Shown piece after piece: positions 47,757 through 60,298 of a stretch of DNA of 64,000 nucleotides. The position numbers and the translations under genes were made by a program. The notes under the pieces were generated by a model. The model was not told the origin of the DNA, did no database searches, and was given only the letters and a program-made list of their open reading frames with translations. The stretch is from Azolla caroliniana (taxonomy: Eukaryota > Plantae > Polypodiophyta), in assembly GCA_043228905.1 (NCBI GenBank), contig JBHGNT010000003.1, forward strand, positions 9,548,001-9,612,000, in the 5' to 3' direction. Position 1 is the stretch's first letter. The number at the start of each line of letters is the position of its first letter.

Positions 47757-50700
47757 ATGAAGGCAGAGAAGGGCCTATTGTTTTCCTGTTTCTTCTTCTT
47801 CTTCTTCTTCTTCATCTTCAATAACATTGCTGGTATGCTGTTTATCTCGAGAGACCCAGAAATTCTGTTACTGTCATGTACATAATAAGATCTATTTGGA
47901 GATACAAATGCTTCCATTTTTATTTTTTTATGCGTTCAACCTTTTTTAGAAGAGCGAAAAGTGAAATGGCTCATGTTTTACTTATTAGCTTGAAATGGCG
48001 TTTTATTTTTAGGAGCTTGCCCAGCTGGTTGGCAATCAATAAAGGAAGGGAAATGCATAATTTTGCTGAAGGAAGAACGAAAGTGGAGCGATGCTGAAGC
48101 TTTCTGTAACAACCACACAGGCCATCTCGCATCCGTGAGCTCTGAAGAAGAGCTCGTTTCCATACAAAGTTTGTGTGCAAATGAAACACACGGTTGTTGG
48201 ATCGGAGGTCGGGAGGTCAACTCAACCAATGGGTTCCATTGGAAATGGACTGATAATGAAACTGAGTGGAATTCATCCCTTTTTATTCATGATTCATCGC
48301 TTGCTTCGAATTGTTCAGCCTCGTGTTCTCAGTCTTCAAATTGCACATTGGTGCCTCAGAAGGGAAGAGCGTTGGAAATTGATGGGTGCAATGTCTCGCG
48401 TCCATTCTTGTGTACATTGACTGAGGGTTAGTTATTCTTCTTCTAGAAATGTTATCTTAGTAAACGAGATAACTTGTGTTATGTTATGTGTACACCCAAT
48501 GTGGTGTAAATGCGTTTATTATTTGGTGGTAAACTGGTAGATCCATACTCTAAGTAGAAACCCTCCAAGACTTCAAAACGAGGGGAAAATGTGAAGAAAA
48601 GGGTTAAAAAATGGTCTGCCTTTCCACCTTCTTATAATTTTAACATGTTTACATTACTAGCACTAGCAAAAATGTTACTCTCTACGCCATAAACCAAATT
48701 TAAGTTCTATCTATTGAAGCAACTGAGCAATGATTACGCCCATAATGTATCAGTTTGTAGCATTTTTGTTCATTGATTCTTCAGTCTTCTCATTTTTTGC
48801 AGCTTCTAGATGTGAGCACAAGTCTTGTCATAAAGAATACAATATCATATTAGCTGTGGTGAGTGTCCTTATCTTCACTATGACTTGTGGTGTTGCGGTA
48901 TGGCTGCTTCTTTCTAGACAAATAATGCGGTGGAGAAAGCCATCTAAATCTGCAAGTGTGGCATTAGTGTCACCATCATGGAGGGTATTCACTTTCAGTG
49001 AATTGAGGACATCAACTAAAAACTTTAGTGATGGGAACAAACTTGGAAGTGATAGCAGATCCGGGCGTACCTATAGAGGTGTTCTTGCAGATGGTTCTTT
49101 AGTGGCCATTAAGAGACTGAATACCGGGAACTTCAAATGGAAAGGCGGGCTCCCTTCACAGAATAAGAACTATCAAATGACAAGTGAACAGGAATTTCTT
49201 GCTGAAATAGGAAGGATTGCCCGATACAGACATCCGAATCTAGTAGTGGTTAGAGGATGTTGCTTTAAACATGGGCAAAAGTATATTGTTTATGATTTCA
49301 TGTCAAATGGTCCACTGGACAGGTGGTTACACAATCTACCCAGGGGTGCAAAGAGCTTGGATTGGGCAACACGAATGAGGATTTCAGTCACTGTCGCTCA
49401 AGGGATCGCGTAAGTCATTATTATATTGAAATAGAAGTTTGTATTGATTACTTTAAACCTTATAAACGGTGATAATGGTAGTTTTTCAACATATGAAACA
49501 ATTTTATGCCCTAAGAAAATAGGATTGCTTGGCATTTGGAAAAGAAAATGAAAATTGGAAGGTAGAGAAAGAGGGCTTTGAAGTCTCTGGAAATTCCGTG
49601 ACACGTACCTCTGTTAAACATCTAAGTACCAAGAACTCTTCATTATAATTATGTATCCTAGTACTTGAAAGTCATGCTTGATGTTCCCATATGCGGGGCA
49701 TTCCTAGTGCCATTGGAGATCGTGCCATCGTCATTAGGAATTCTTCAAAGCTAGTACAACCTTGAAGCAATTCCTGAAAATCATCCTTGATGCCCTCATA
49801 TATGGAGCATTCTGAAGTGACTTGTTCTTCTGTATTGGGTACAATGAGGCAACATAAGTCACACTTTCTCTTTTCCTGCTCAAGAGTCAATATTCAGCCA
49901 ACCCACCCCAGATTCCGGCTTCAATGTGCGAGTGTGCACGAATTAGTGTGATGGTACATTTTTCACGTTTTGGAATGGGTTTTGGGCCATGAGCTTGGGT
50001 ATTGGCCAACCACTTTGGTAATTTTATTGAGTATTAGTACGGCTGCAATAGTACTCAAACTTAGATCTCTGTCTGGTTGTTTTCCATTTGTGGTTGAGTA
50101 AAACATGGATTCATGTGCGCTCTGTTTTCTTTTCCTTTGTGTACATATCCTAATCTCTTCGGTGTGTCATCTTGCAAACAATTTCCAGATGTCTTCGACC
50201 CATATTTTCTGTGGTAAGCATCCATGCAATATTCCACAGGGGCTTTCAGGTGATGATTTCTAGGTAGTTCCTACTTGCAATATAAACAGGGCATAAAGCT
50301 CTATTGGCCTTCCTCTAGTTTCTTGAAATAGTATGGAGTAGGGGGTTCTGCCTCAAGTGTGTGGTCTACATATGTCAAGTCGGAGGTATTTGAAACTGTG
50401 AACCACATTGTTTTTGTACACTACTTGCTGCCTGCTGACTTTCAGATTTGACAGTGTGTTCTGGTTTGACTTTGGTCTTGACCATGTTGACTGCTTGGCT
50501 GCTATGATCACAAAAAGTATTTAATGCATTTTTAAAGTTTTTGCACTCTTAGACCAGAATATGCCAGATTTATAATGTTGTCTACAGAAATCAGAAGCAA
50601 TACTTGGAAATGCCCAATGGCTGGTTTTTCCTTGTGTTCCTCTTTGACTTCTTCAATGAACTCTTCTATTTGGTCAATACATAGACCATATAGAGTAGGG

Positions 50701-52856
50701 GATAGAGGGCACGCTTGTTTCGCTCTCTAGAGAAACCATAATTTGTCTTCAAGTTGCATCTTAGTTGCTGCTATAACCTAGCCACCATTGCTTTTCTGCA
50801 TGGTTGTACTCTGAATTGTTCATTCTTTCCCATAACTTTGCCCTTGGGATTGTGTGAAAAGGCTTCTTGAAATCTACAAAACAACAAAATGGTTATCCTT
50901 TAAAATTATTTTCCTCCACCACCACCTTCAGACAGGGTCCTGATCCAGTTATCTTGCAATAAAAAATTTGTGCTATTGCCTGATGCAATGCGTATTTTCA
51001 TTCTTTACTCTCTGGCCCAATCCATTTTAGCATTTCAGAGCATAGGTAAAGTCTATCTGGAACCTTTCTACTTTGAATTATTTTCATGCTTCTCATTACC
51101 TCCTTATACAAGCTTCCATATGCATTAAAATATCCATTTACTCCATGCATTTCCATTTGATAGCTCTCCATTTCCCCATTGTATATTTTTTAAGGCAATG
51201 TATTTGTGTCTCCTTATTAAGTTTATATATGGTCTTTGATTATTTGTATTGAGGATATTGTATTGCTTTCCGACATTTGTACCCTACAAACATTTGTCTA
51301 TACATCACTTGTTTCTGGTGTGGCCTTCAGCTTGCATTTGGCCACCTTACATTCATCATCAAACCATCTACAATGGACTGGACCTTTGACATGTGTGTTT
51401 GTTATGGCAACTCTATTATGTGTTTGGTAGAATTTCACGATGCATTTTTAAAAGACCATGCATTTTCAATGTTTTATGGAATGTCATGGCACGTGCAATT
51501 TTTCAAATCCGTCAGCATAAATATTTAAGTTTTGCCATTTCATCTTATATGACCTATCAGAGGAATGCATGGGTTTGTCTTTATTATTACATGATTAGGT
51601 GATTCCAATTTGGGAATCTGATACCAACTTCAGAATTTTATATCAGATCTAAGGAATCATGTTTGAATGCATAGTTGATTGCATTAGCTCCCTTGCTTAC
51701 TGTATGGTGCTTAGTACTTAGTGTATGGCATGTCCAATTTTTGGAATAGGGAAAGTTTATGTTCCATTGAAACCAACAAGTTGCATAGAGTTTGCTCATA
51801 TTCATGATGGTTGATCCTTGTGTACTTGTACTGCAATTATATGTGCATCATTCCCATTTGGAACCTATCTCTATGCATACATGTCTGCTGTTTGGCTCAA
51901 GTGAGAAATCTATGTTTTTTGCTTGCATATGTCAAGCGACCAACATTTCCTTGTCATTAGCATATTGAGCTATATCCAGGCCTAGATGTCCAAAGAGATT
52001 AGCTGTATCCAACTTAAAAGCATGTCTGTGTCCTGCATCCATTTGTAACCCAAAATTTTGCTTTTATGTGTCTGTCGAATTGTTTTACTTGCTTCCCTTG
52101 CAATCCTAGGAAGTTGATGCAACACTATTATTTGAACCTTAAGCATGTTCTCGACAACCCATTCTATGGACACTATGTCAATGGGAAGTGAGGTTTATTA
52201 AACTAGGATTTGAATCCATTGCTTTGTGTGGATAGCCTAATAGCTTACTACTAGGGTAAGCCCATTACAATCAATAAACAAGAGAAAGTTGAAACATCAA
52301 ACTGATTTTTTTCACTTACAGGTTCTTACATGAGAAGGTGAAACCTCATGTTGTACACCGAGACATTAGATCCAGCAACGTGTTATTGGACGAAGAGTTC
52401 CGAGCACACATATTGGGTGTTGGTCTAGGTAAATTTGTGCCCTATGAGGCAGTACATGAGAGAACAGCCATGGCAGGCACATATGGTTATCTTGCTCCTG
52501 AATTTGTGTACCGAAATGAACTTACAACAAAAAGTGATGTGTATTCCTTTGGTGTTCTTCTCCTTGAGATCATTAGTGGACGCACACCTGTCCAAACTGA
52601 AGACTCTGCTGACTGGCAAAGTATTTTTGAATGGGCGACCCCATTGGTTCAATCTAATAGTTTTACACAAATTTTAGATCCTTCTATTGCGGTGATGCCA
52701 GATATGATAGAGATCCAGAAGGTGGTTGATCTAGTGTATGCATGTACACAGCATGTTCCTTCGATGAGGCCTCGTATGTCATATGTCGTGCACCAGCTTC
52801 AGCATCTAGCACCGGTGCCAAGTGAAGCTGTGATGGAAGTGTCGACTGAACCATAG
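47757..52856 (+). CDS. C-type lectin receptor-like kinase (At1g52310-like), 4 exons, 543 aa
   Basis: Exons 47757-47832, 48013-48426, 48803-49409, 52322-52856, all GT-AG, 1632 nt in frame. Signal peptide; CTLD (CPAGW, WSDAEAFC, HLASV, CWIGG, WKWTD); TM segment IILAVVSVLIF; kinase motifs VAIKRL, HRDIRSSNVLLD, GTYGYLAPEF, DVYSFG. Confidence 0.94.
49650..51000 (-). mobile_element. Degenerate RTEX/RTE-like LINE in RLK intron 3
   Basis: Minus-strand RT remnants CFVDFKKPFHTIPR (~50830-50890) and KQACPLSPTL (~50700), plus C-terminal CDLC...EEQVTSEC. Confidence 0.7.
51960..52200 (-). mobile_element. Short LINE fragment homologous to 20140-20330
   Basis: WVVENMLKVQ...LPRIAREASK..THKSKIL matches RVVEYMLKVQ...LPRIAWEASK..TQKSKIL. 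Confidence 0.8.
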
Positions 52857-54524
52857 CGAATTTCAACCCCTTCAAAGAGTACAGCTACTGCTGATCTATA
52901 GAAGTGAAAAGAGTAATGATTTTCTTTTTAATGATGAAACCTTCCCCTCTCTGAAGAGTGGAGATTTTTGGTGGATGGAACTGCTCTGAAAATGAGCACA
53001 TGTGATGATGTTGTGGTGGCATTTTATGATACAATATTCTCTATGCACCCCAGTATCTGAGGACCATGGATGGAATTGCCTTGGCTTTTTCTTTTACCAG
53101 TTTCATTTGCTACATTCAATACTAGAACACGTTATTAACATGATACAACACAAATTTCAACACTAATGCGACTACAAACTGTTTTGTTTGTGATGCGACA
53201 GATCTTTATATGGGTTTAATGTTTGATGGGTTATGGGTTCAGAGGCATCAAGACTTACATGTATTGGATTCTGTACATATGAATGAATCAAATTGAAATG
53301 AAAGTTGCATGAAGATTCCTTAAATCCTTGATGTCTGTTGTAAGTTTCCTTTATACTGAGTGTTACATGTTAGATATGTCTTTTTGATATCGAGTATAGG
53401 CAACCCAAGAGTGTCAACTATGTTTCTTTGCTCAGCTCAAACCTCTTGACATTAATGAGCTGTTTACATCACATTTCTAATGGATAGTTTGTAAGCAACA
53501 TAGAGAAATATTTAACATCCATAGTATTGAGCACAACCAAAATCCTGTTTCAATCTGTTGGCTATTACTTTGCATCAGCCTTAAATATTGAATTTTTTGA
53601 GCATTCCTTTTCCACAATTTTAGCAATGGATATTAGAATTTTCAATGTCAACAAAGTAAAGATCAGTATATAATATTTATCAATTGTTAATAATGCATTC
53701 ATATCTTCATGTAATAGGTTCAATCAACTTTGATCCTTGAAACTTTGTTTGTGATGGAAGCTGAAAAAGTATTGATGAGTTGGGTGCCTTGAACAAAGAT
53801 TGAGACATTGAATATCCCTCAAATTGGATGATTCAGCCAAGACACAATCAAGCACTATTCATCCCTGAAATTGAACTACAATGAAACACATGGAACTATT
53901 ATTGACAAGGCGTCAACACCTTCCAAACCTTGGTCACTATGACAATGAATGAATAGAAGCTAAATTATATTGGCAATTAAAATTTCTGAATATATAATGC
54001 TTCCCCAAATCAAACTAACAAGATCTTCATCTTAGGTGCCTTATAGACCTTTGAGCTCCCCAATTGTAAGAACCAAAGTATTGATCCACGATGATGTTAT
54101 GCATCTCGAAAATGATGTCCCTAACCATTAGTTTGAAGAGGTTCATGATGTAATCGCCTATTAGGACTAGAAGATTCTTATGTTCATATGACTCTTGTAT
54201 AGGGGGGTGGTTGGGAGGATTGGTGACTCAGCACTAGGCTTCTCAAGGCCAATGTTCTAGGAGCCTTGGCACGGAGCCTAGTCTAAGACATAGACAAGGG
54301 CCATGGTCTTAAGCACACAAGGAGATAGAGATTAGTGAGGGCAAGGGAGATGAGTGAGATTAGTGTTGAAGAGGGTGAGACCAACATTTGAAGCCATCTG
54401 TGAGGTTTCCATAAGCTCTTGAGCAAACTTTTGTTGGTCCTCGGACCAACAAAGGTAAGAAATGTGACAAGTTAATATTATTTCTTTTCCAACTAATTTT
54501 TTGTAATTTTGTTATTATATTCTT

Positions 54525-54533
54525 TCTCTCTCA

Positions 54534-54603
<70 letters not shown>
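54525..54603. repeat. (CT)n(TA)n compound microsatellite
   Basis: Directly visible. Confidence 0.95.
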
Positions 54604-54607
<4 letters not shown>

Positions 54608-55771
54608 CGTGTCTTCTTCACCTTTATTCCCTCCATCAACCTTGAAAGAAGGTACAAATAGGAGTTAAAGGAATTTCCTTTAAATTCCTTTAAAGCACCA
54701 AGTGAGACAAGTACAAAATAGTGAAGTTTTAACTTTTCAACGAGCGCCTTGCAATCTGACATTTGAGGACTTAATCCTTGAACTAAAGTCAATACATCAA
54801 ACTTCCCTCTACACCTTTCTCTCCTTCTCAAACACATGTATAAACACAATCTCATGAAAGAAAACCCCGTGGGAGTACCTATTCAAATTTAGACCCGCCA
54901 CAACCTCAGAAAACGAACCTAACATGTCACCAGCTAGATGAGGGATCTAGGAATAGAACTAAGAAATGCAGGGGCTGATTGACACCCAAAGTAGCACCAG
55001 AATTAGATTTAAATAAGAATCAACAAGCCAGCCTGCGCACCATACACACCCCCACACATAGTGATGTAGGCATGGACCATTAAATGTTAGAACAAGATCA
55101 AAATATAATCTTCCCACTCAGCCAAAGGTGGGAGATGCGAGGCAATTACCACTGATATAAGAGCAGTTATCGCTGGACGTAAGTTTGTACGAGACACTCC
55201 TCAAAATACTCACTGTTGTAGCATATGCACTTACAAGGCTGCAAGGACAAAGTCCACCAAACGATAGGGACAACTTACAAACAAATGGATCCAGTAGCAC
55301 CCTGTCCACCAAAGTTGATGGTAACCTACTTGAAGAGTTCGTGTGACAGCAAAATGGGGAAGAATTCAAACATTTGATTGAGCATCACGAGAAAAGAGGC
55401 ATTGCTTTAAGGATGCTTTTCCAATGCAAATGAATAAATATACATCAGCACCACAAATCCCGTGTACAAGAAGATGCCTTAACTATATAGATTTAAGTTA
55501 GATTTATTAAATATAATGAAGTAGAGCCACACCACATTGTATAGTTCAAAGCTATTTCAATAAATTGTACATATCATTCGCCTCTTTCATCAGTTTGGCA
55601 TATATTTGTCAGATCGTTTGTGCCAGGCTACTCAGCAAATTGTACACAAACATTCTCTTCTTTCATCCCTTGGCATAATATTTCATACACGAGGAGCCGG
55701 AGTTGTTATTCACCCTTCTTTGAAGCTGTACCTAAGATGATGGCCTTTGCCATCAATAGGAAAAAAAGCCT

Positions 55772-58700
55772 CTATGAAGTCAGTAAGTTAAATGCAGGTA
55801 GATCTTCTACACGATTTACATCATCCAAAGAGAGTTCACGCTCCAGTTGTGTTCTAGTTGTCTTCAAAACTTCCTGGCAAAGGGAAAGGTACGATTATAA
55901 AATGACCATACAAATCAGAAGAGAAACATGATGTAAAGTTTTGGAAAAGCATGGTAAAGAAACACAATTTATGTAGTAGTTGCTATCATATGTATTAAGG
56001 AAAAACAACCATGCATATAAACGCTGCATCTCAAGAAAACAACATGCATGAACAAAATCAACGTAGTAATTTGGCATCACACGTATCGCGGAGAAAGTAT
56101 GATATGTATAACACATCTTGTACGAAAACTATATGCTTCGACAACAAACTCCATAGAATATAGATATCTCACATTAAATTCCATATAGGATGCCCTCATA
56201 GCAAGCCATTGGGCATCTAGTATCTCAAATGCCACACAATATAGCCTGTCAAAAGCTGATTCATCCTCTGCAAAACAATTCATCACATTCTTTTTTCAGT
56301 TTCTCATGCCAATAGCCAGCATATCTCCCAAGAATTTTCATGAAATGATGTCAATACACCTCCAAGAATTTTTATGAAATTCTTCCCATTGATGTTTCTT
56401 GGTTTCTCTGCAAAAAATAGACAATATCCTCAATATCCATTCCTATGAAAAATCAATAGACAATATCCAAACCAAGATATCAAGAGATGGTATTTGAAAT
56501 ATCCATTCCTTAAAATATTATCGCTGAGAATCAATCCTTGATCAAGATCTTACCTGATCGTAAGTCCAGAATCTGAATCAACATGAATGAGAGATTAATC
56601 CCGGCCACAGCGAAGGGATATTCCCACACAGCCCTGTGGCCTTGTTCTTTGTGAAGTAAATTCTGGAAAGATTTCTGTAATTCAATGTAGCAACAAGTTG
56701 GTTGACAAGCCTGTGGAAGAAATGAGATAGAAACATTGAATTGGCTTACCGGGTACTCTTTTGCAAAGAAAATCAAGTTTTCTAGAGAGATAAAGCCACC
56801 ACCCCTGGAAAATGATAAAGTTTATCAAGCAACCCATATACTTTCTTTAACTCTCATCACAAACAACAAGTGATATTTTCCCTACTTTAGACAATTTGAT
56901 TCTGTTCAACCCTAAACCCCAAATCCATATCCTAAACAAACACACATTTATACTCTAAGAAAACTTCAAAGAAATTCAGGATCAGTTTCTAGGCCAACTT
57001 GAGGTAGATTGAGAAATTTGATCTTAAGAGGACCAACAAAACGTGTGACCATAGGAAGATGCTATGCAGGTTAATATGTCAAATTCTACAGTCTTCCCTC
57101 ATATGGATCTCATTGACAACCTGAAATCAGTTGATGGATCATTCCCTTGCCATCCCATGTCTTTCCATTGCTCTGAAACAAGGCCAGTCAGATTACGTTC
57201 TGGGAAAGATAAAGACCACAATTCTCGAAGAGCTTCCTGAAGAAAAATAGCAGAAATTTCATTTTTTAACCACCTTTCCCTCTAAATGATTATTTAACTG
57301 TAAGATATAAAAGAACGGATCGAATCCAGAAGTCATCCACAGTACATAGCTATGTCTACAGCTTACATGTACATGACTATTTTGTGAGATGTTATTAGAC
57401 ATGCATAACCTACAATTAGCAGTCAATTAGAAAGCTAGGAGGTGGCCTGTTTGCATGTAGTTGATTTTGTCAATGCACTATGGTTTGGATATTAGACCTT
57501 GAGTTTACGGATAGTAAAGGGAATACCTAAAGATTGTGTAAATAATTACCGACAGCAACAAATTTCGATATCAAAAATGTATTCTTTATTTAATTATAGC
57601 ATCATACTGTCCTGGAATCAAAATTCTGGAGTTTAGACTATAATCCTGGAATAAAAGATCTGGAACACAATTCTCCAAAGCCAAATTCAGACTAGAATTC
57701 CAAAATATTGATTTCTGGAATACAAAACTCCATTCTCATGGTTATTAATGAATTGAATGTGTGAAAGTTGATTTGGAAAGCAAAACAAAACTTCCATTCA
57801 TGACAACATCCTATATACATGAAAAAGCACCTGATGCTCTGGAGATGCACCATCAAAGGGGATTTCTAGACGACGTTGAAGAATCTCCAACCTCTCTTCC
57901 TGCATAAAACATATCTCTTTCATAATTATTTCAAAGGCAGCTATATCATAGAACTTTTCATAGCAAGTATACACATGTGGAGATTCCTTCTTTGTATCTC
58001 TGACACAGTGTTATGATACTAGTTGTTCTCATGAGGAAAAATATGGTTTATTGGATTATTTTAGCTCCTAAATACCCCTGATTTTTTCTTTATTTACCCA
58101 GTATCCCTGGTCAACTCCTAATGCAATAAAAAGGGCGGGGTATATCTGCCGTACAAATATGCACATGAAATTGAGAAAAAAGGGGATGAATTGACAATAC
58201 AACTACTGCTTGAGAGGATCTTCATAAAGGGCATTCAGGGAAATACCAAAAGCTAGTGGACATTTGGAGAAATAGGATTTTTCCAAAAGATATAAGACAG
58301 CATGCTTTTGGAAATATGTAATATTTGGGTGTACCCTAAAACTAGATAATATCCCCAACTATCAGAAACACTTCCATTGAAATGAAAACAAAATAGAAAA
58401 TAAATTATGAAATCACAAAAAACTGATATACTTGGTAGCAGTTGAAGCAAATCTATTTGAAATACCTGGATTGGAGTGAGATGGAGATCAATAGAAGATT
58501 GATCACATTCAGATTGCCGTCCTACACCCCAGAAAAGCATGCTTCCTGGCCACGATCCATGAGCAAACAATGCAGCTGTGTAGCAACATGTTAGATACTA
58601 CATTAAACATAGGGAATAATCTGGAGAAGTTACAGTATATAAACAAGTCATTTTACTAACCAAAGAATTGTGCCCATTGAGCAAGAAGGCGTGTAAACAT

Positions 58701-60298
58701 TTGACTCCAAACAATTTGTGCTGCATGCTTTTTGCCTTCCCAATCATCATCGTCATCGTCAAACTACAAAGGTAATGGGAGAACTTTATGTCTTTTCCAA
58801 ATCCATGCGATTAACATCAAGTTGTAGCAGATGAGTCAATGAATAATGAATGTTTCATCTAATTATGTATTAAAGATAGGATAAGCAGGAAACTAGTTAT
58901 TCTTGGACTTTGGACACACCCATAAGGAACTTGTAACATGTGGGAGCACGTGGCCATTAGGAAGCTTAAGGACTTGGGCTACATAGAGGGGGCTAGCTAA
59001 CCCCTTCATTACACAATACCTGAATGTTCATATTGTGTCATCCATGTTATTTCTTTTTTTATACTCAACAACAAGGTGACATGAAAAAACGAAGTGATCT
59101 AGGCTGCTTTAAATTAAAACTTAGCTTTGCAACTGCAATTTTAAGCCATCAGACCTTTTACAAGTAAGCAAGCAAGAGGTTCACAAAAACAGAAAGTCGC
59201 TGCTGCTTTTCACAAGCATCTGCTAATTAAGAGAGAGACACGATCACCTCTTCTTTCTCCAAAATCAATAGATACTGCCCACTTAACCTCAGAGGTAAAT
59301 TTTGCCATATACCCAACCCTAACCATGGGAAGGTTTCAGAATGAGCAAACCAAGGTCCCCATCCCAAGGCGGCTGAGGTAAAATACCTGCTTTCTTGTTG
59401 GGGATGTTAGAACCAACCAGTGCCGATGAACCGGTTTGAGATGTTGTTGAGACTTTATTGATGAGGCAAATCTCTATGCTTTCCGATCCGGTATAACATA
59501 AGGTAATATTCTATAGTATGGAACATCAATGGTATTTTATGTCAGTTTCTTGTCATTTGTTTCGGGGTGATCAATGTGGTTAATCATCATTAAACTATTT
59601 TTTTCATAATCTTAGTATTTTTTGCTTATCCGTAGTATTTCGTTTCATAATATTTAGACTACTTTTATTACGGAAACTTGATAGAAAAGAGAGACACCTT
59701 TTACTTTGTTGGCTTGACTAAAAATGAAGGTGACCCTTAGTATTTTTTGCTTATCCGTAGTATTTCGTTTCATAATATTATGTGATTCAGAACCAGGGGT
59801 CACCTTCATTTTTAGTCAAGCCAACAAAGTAAAAGGTGTCTCTCTTTTCTATCAAGTTTCCGTAATAAAAGTAGTCTAAATATTTATTCATGTTGTAAAT
59901 ATGAATGACATATTTAAATAAATCCTTATTCATGTTGGAAGTATGAATGACCTTTAAATACGTTTTTGATTCTATGTTTTATTACAAGTGAAATTTGTTT
60001 TCTTATAAATGGCACAACACTTGAACACCCAAAGGGATCATGCTCCCCTTTAAATGTCAGCCCGAACTCGCCATGCATAATGAACATTCAAAACACCATT
60101 GAATACCGTACAACAAATCTCACATGTATATTTGAGAGTTAAGGATGCACGTACATTTCTGCTTCTATGAAAATCATCTGAGGATTGACCTAAAAGAGGC
60201 TCTTGTAGGTCTTCTGATTCAACAGAGTCGATCCGTTCATATTTATAACCTCCCACATCTACATGACGAGTCCTGCGACGCAGACTCCCAATATTCAT
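55772..60298 (-). CDS. ELMOD: ELMO/CED-12 domain-containing protein (ELMOD family), 10 coding exons, 320 aa
   Basis: Exons 60298-60155, 58763-58661, 58575-58466, 57899-57831, 57236-57121, 56804-56750, 56674-56554, 56407-56360, 56267-56173, 55873-55772, all GT-AG, 963 nt in frame. Motifs WKDMGWQGNDPSTDFRGGGFISLENL, WEYPFAVAGIN, MRASYMEFN, TRTQLERELSL. Confidence 0.95.
59611..59884. repeat. Perfect 88-bp inverted repeat interleaved with a 44-bp direct repeat (ELMOD intron)
   Basis: Arms 59649-59736 and 59797-59884; direct repeat 59611-59654 = 59736-59779. Confidence 0.95.

Noticed and set aside
56326-56380. 21-bp partial duplicate of the ELMOD exon 8 end inside the next intron
   Set aside because: It is short and lacks its own splice sites, so it is unlikely to be an alternative exon.
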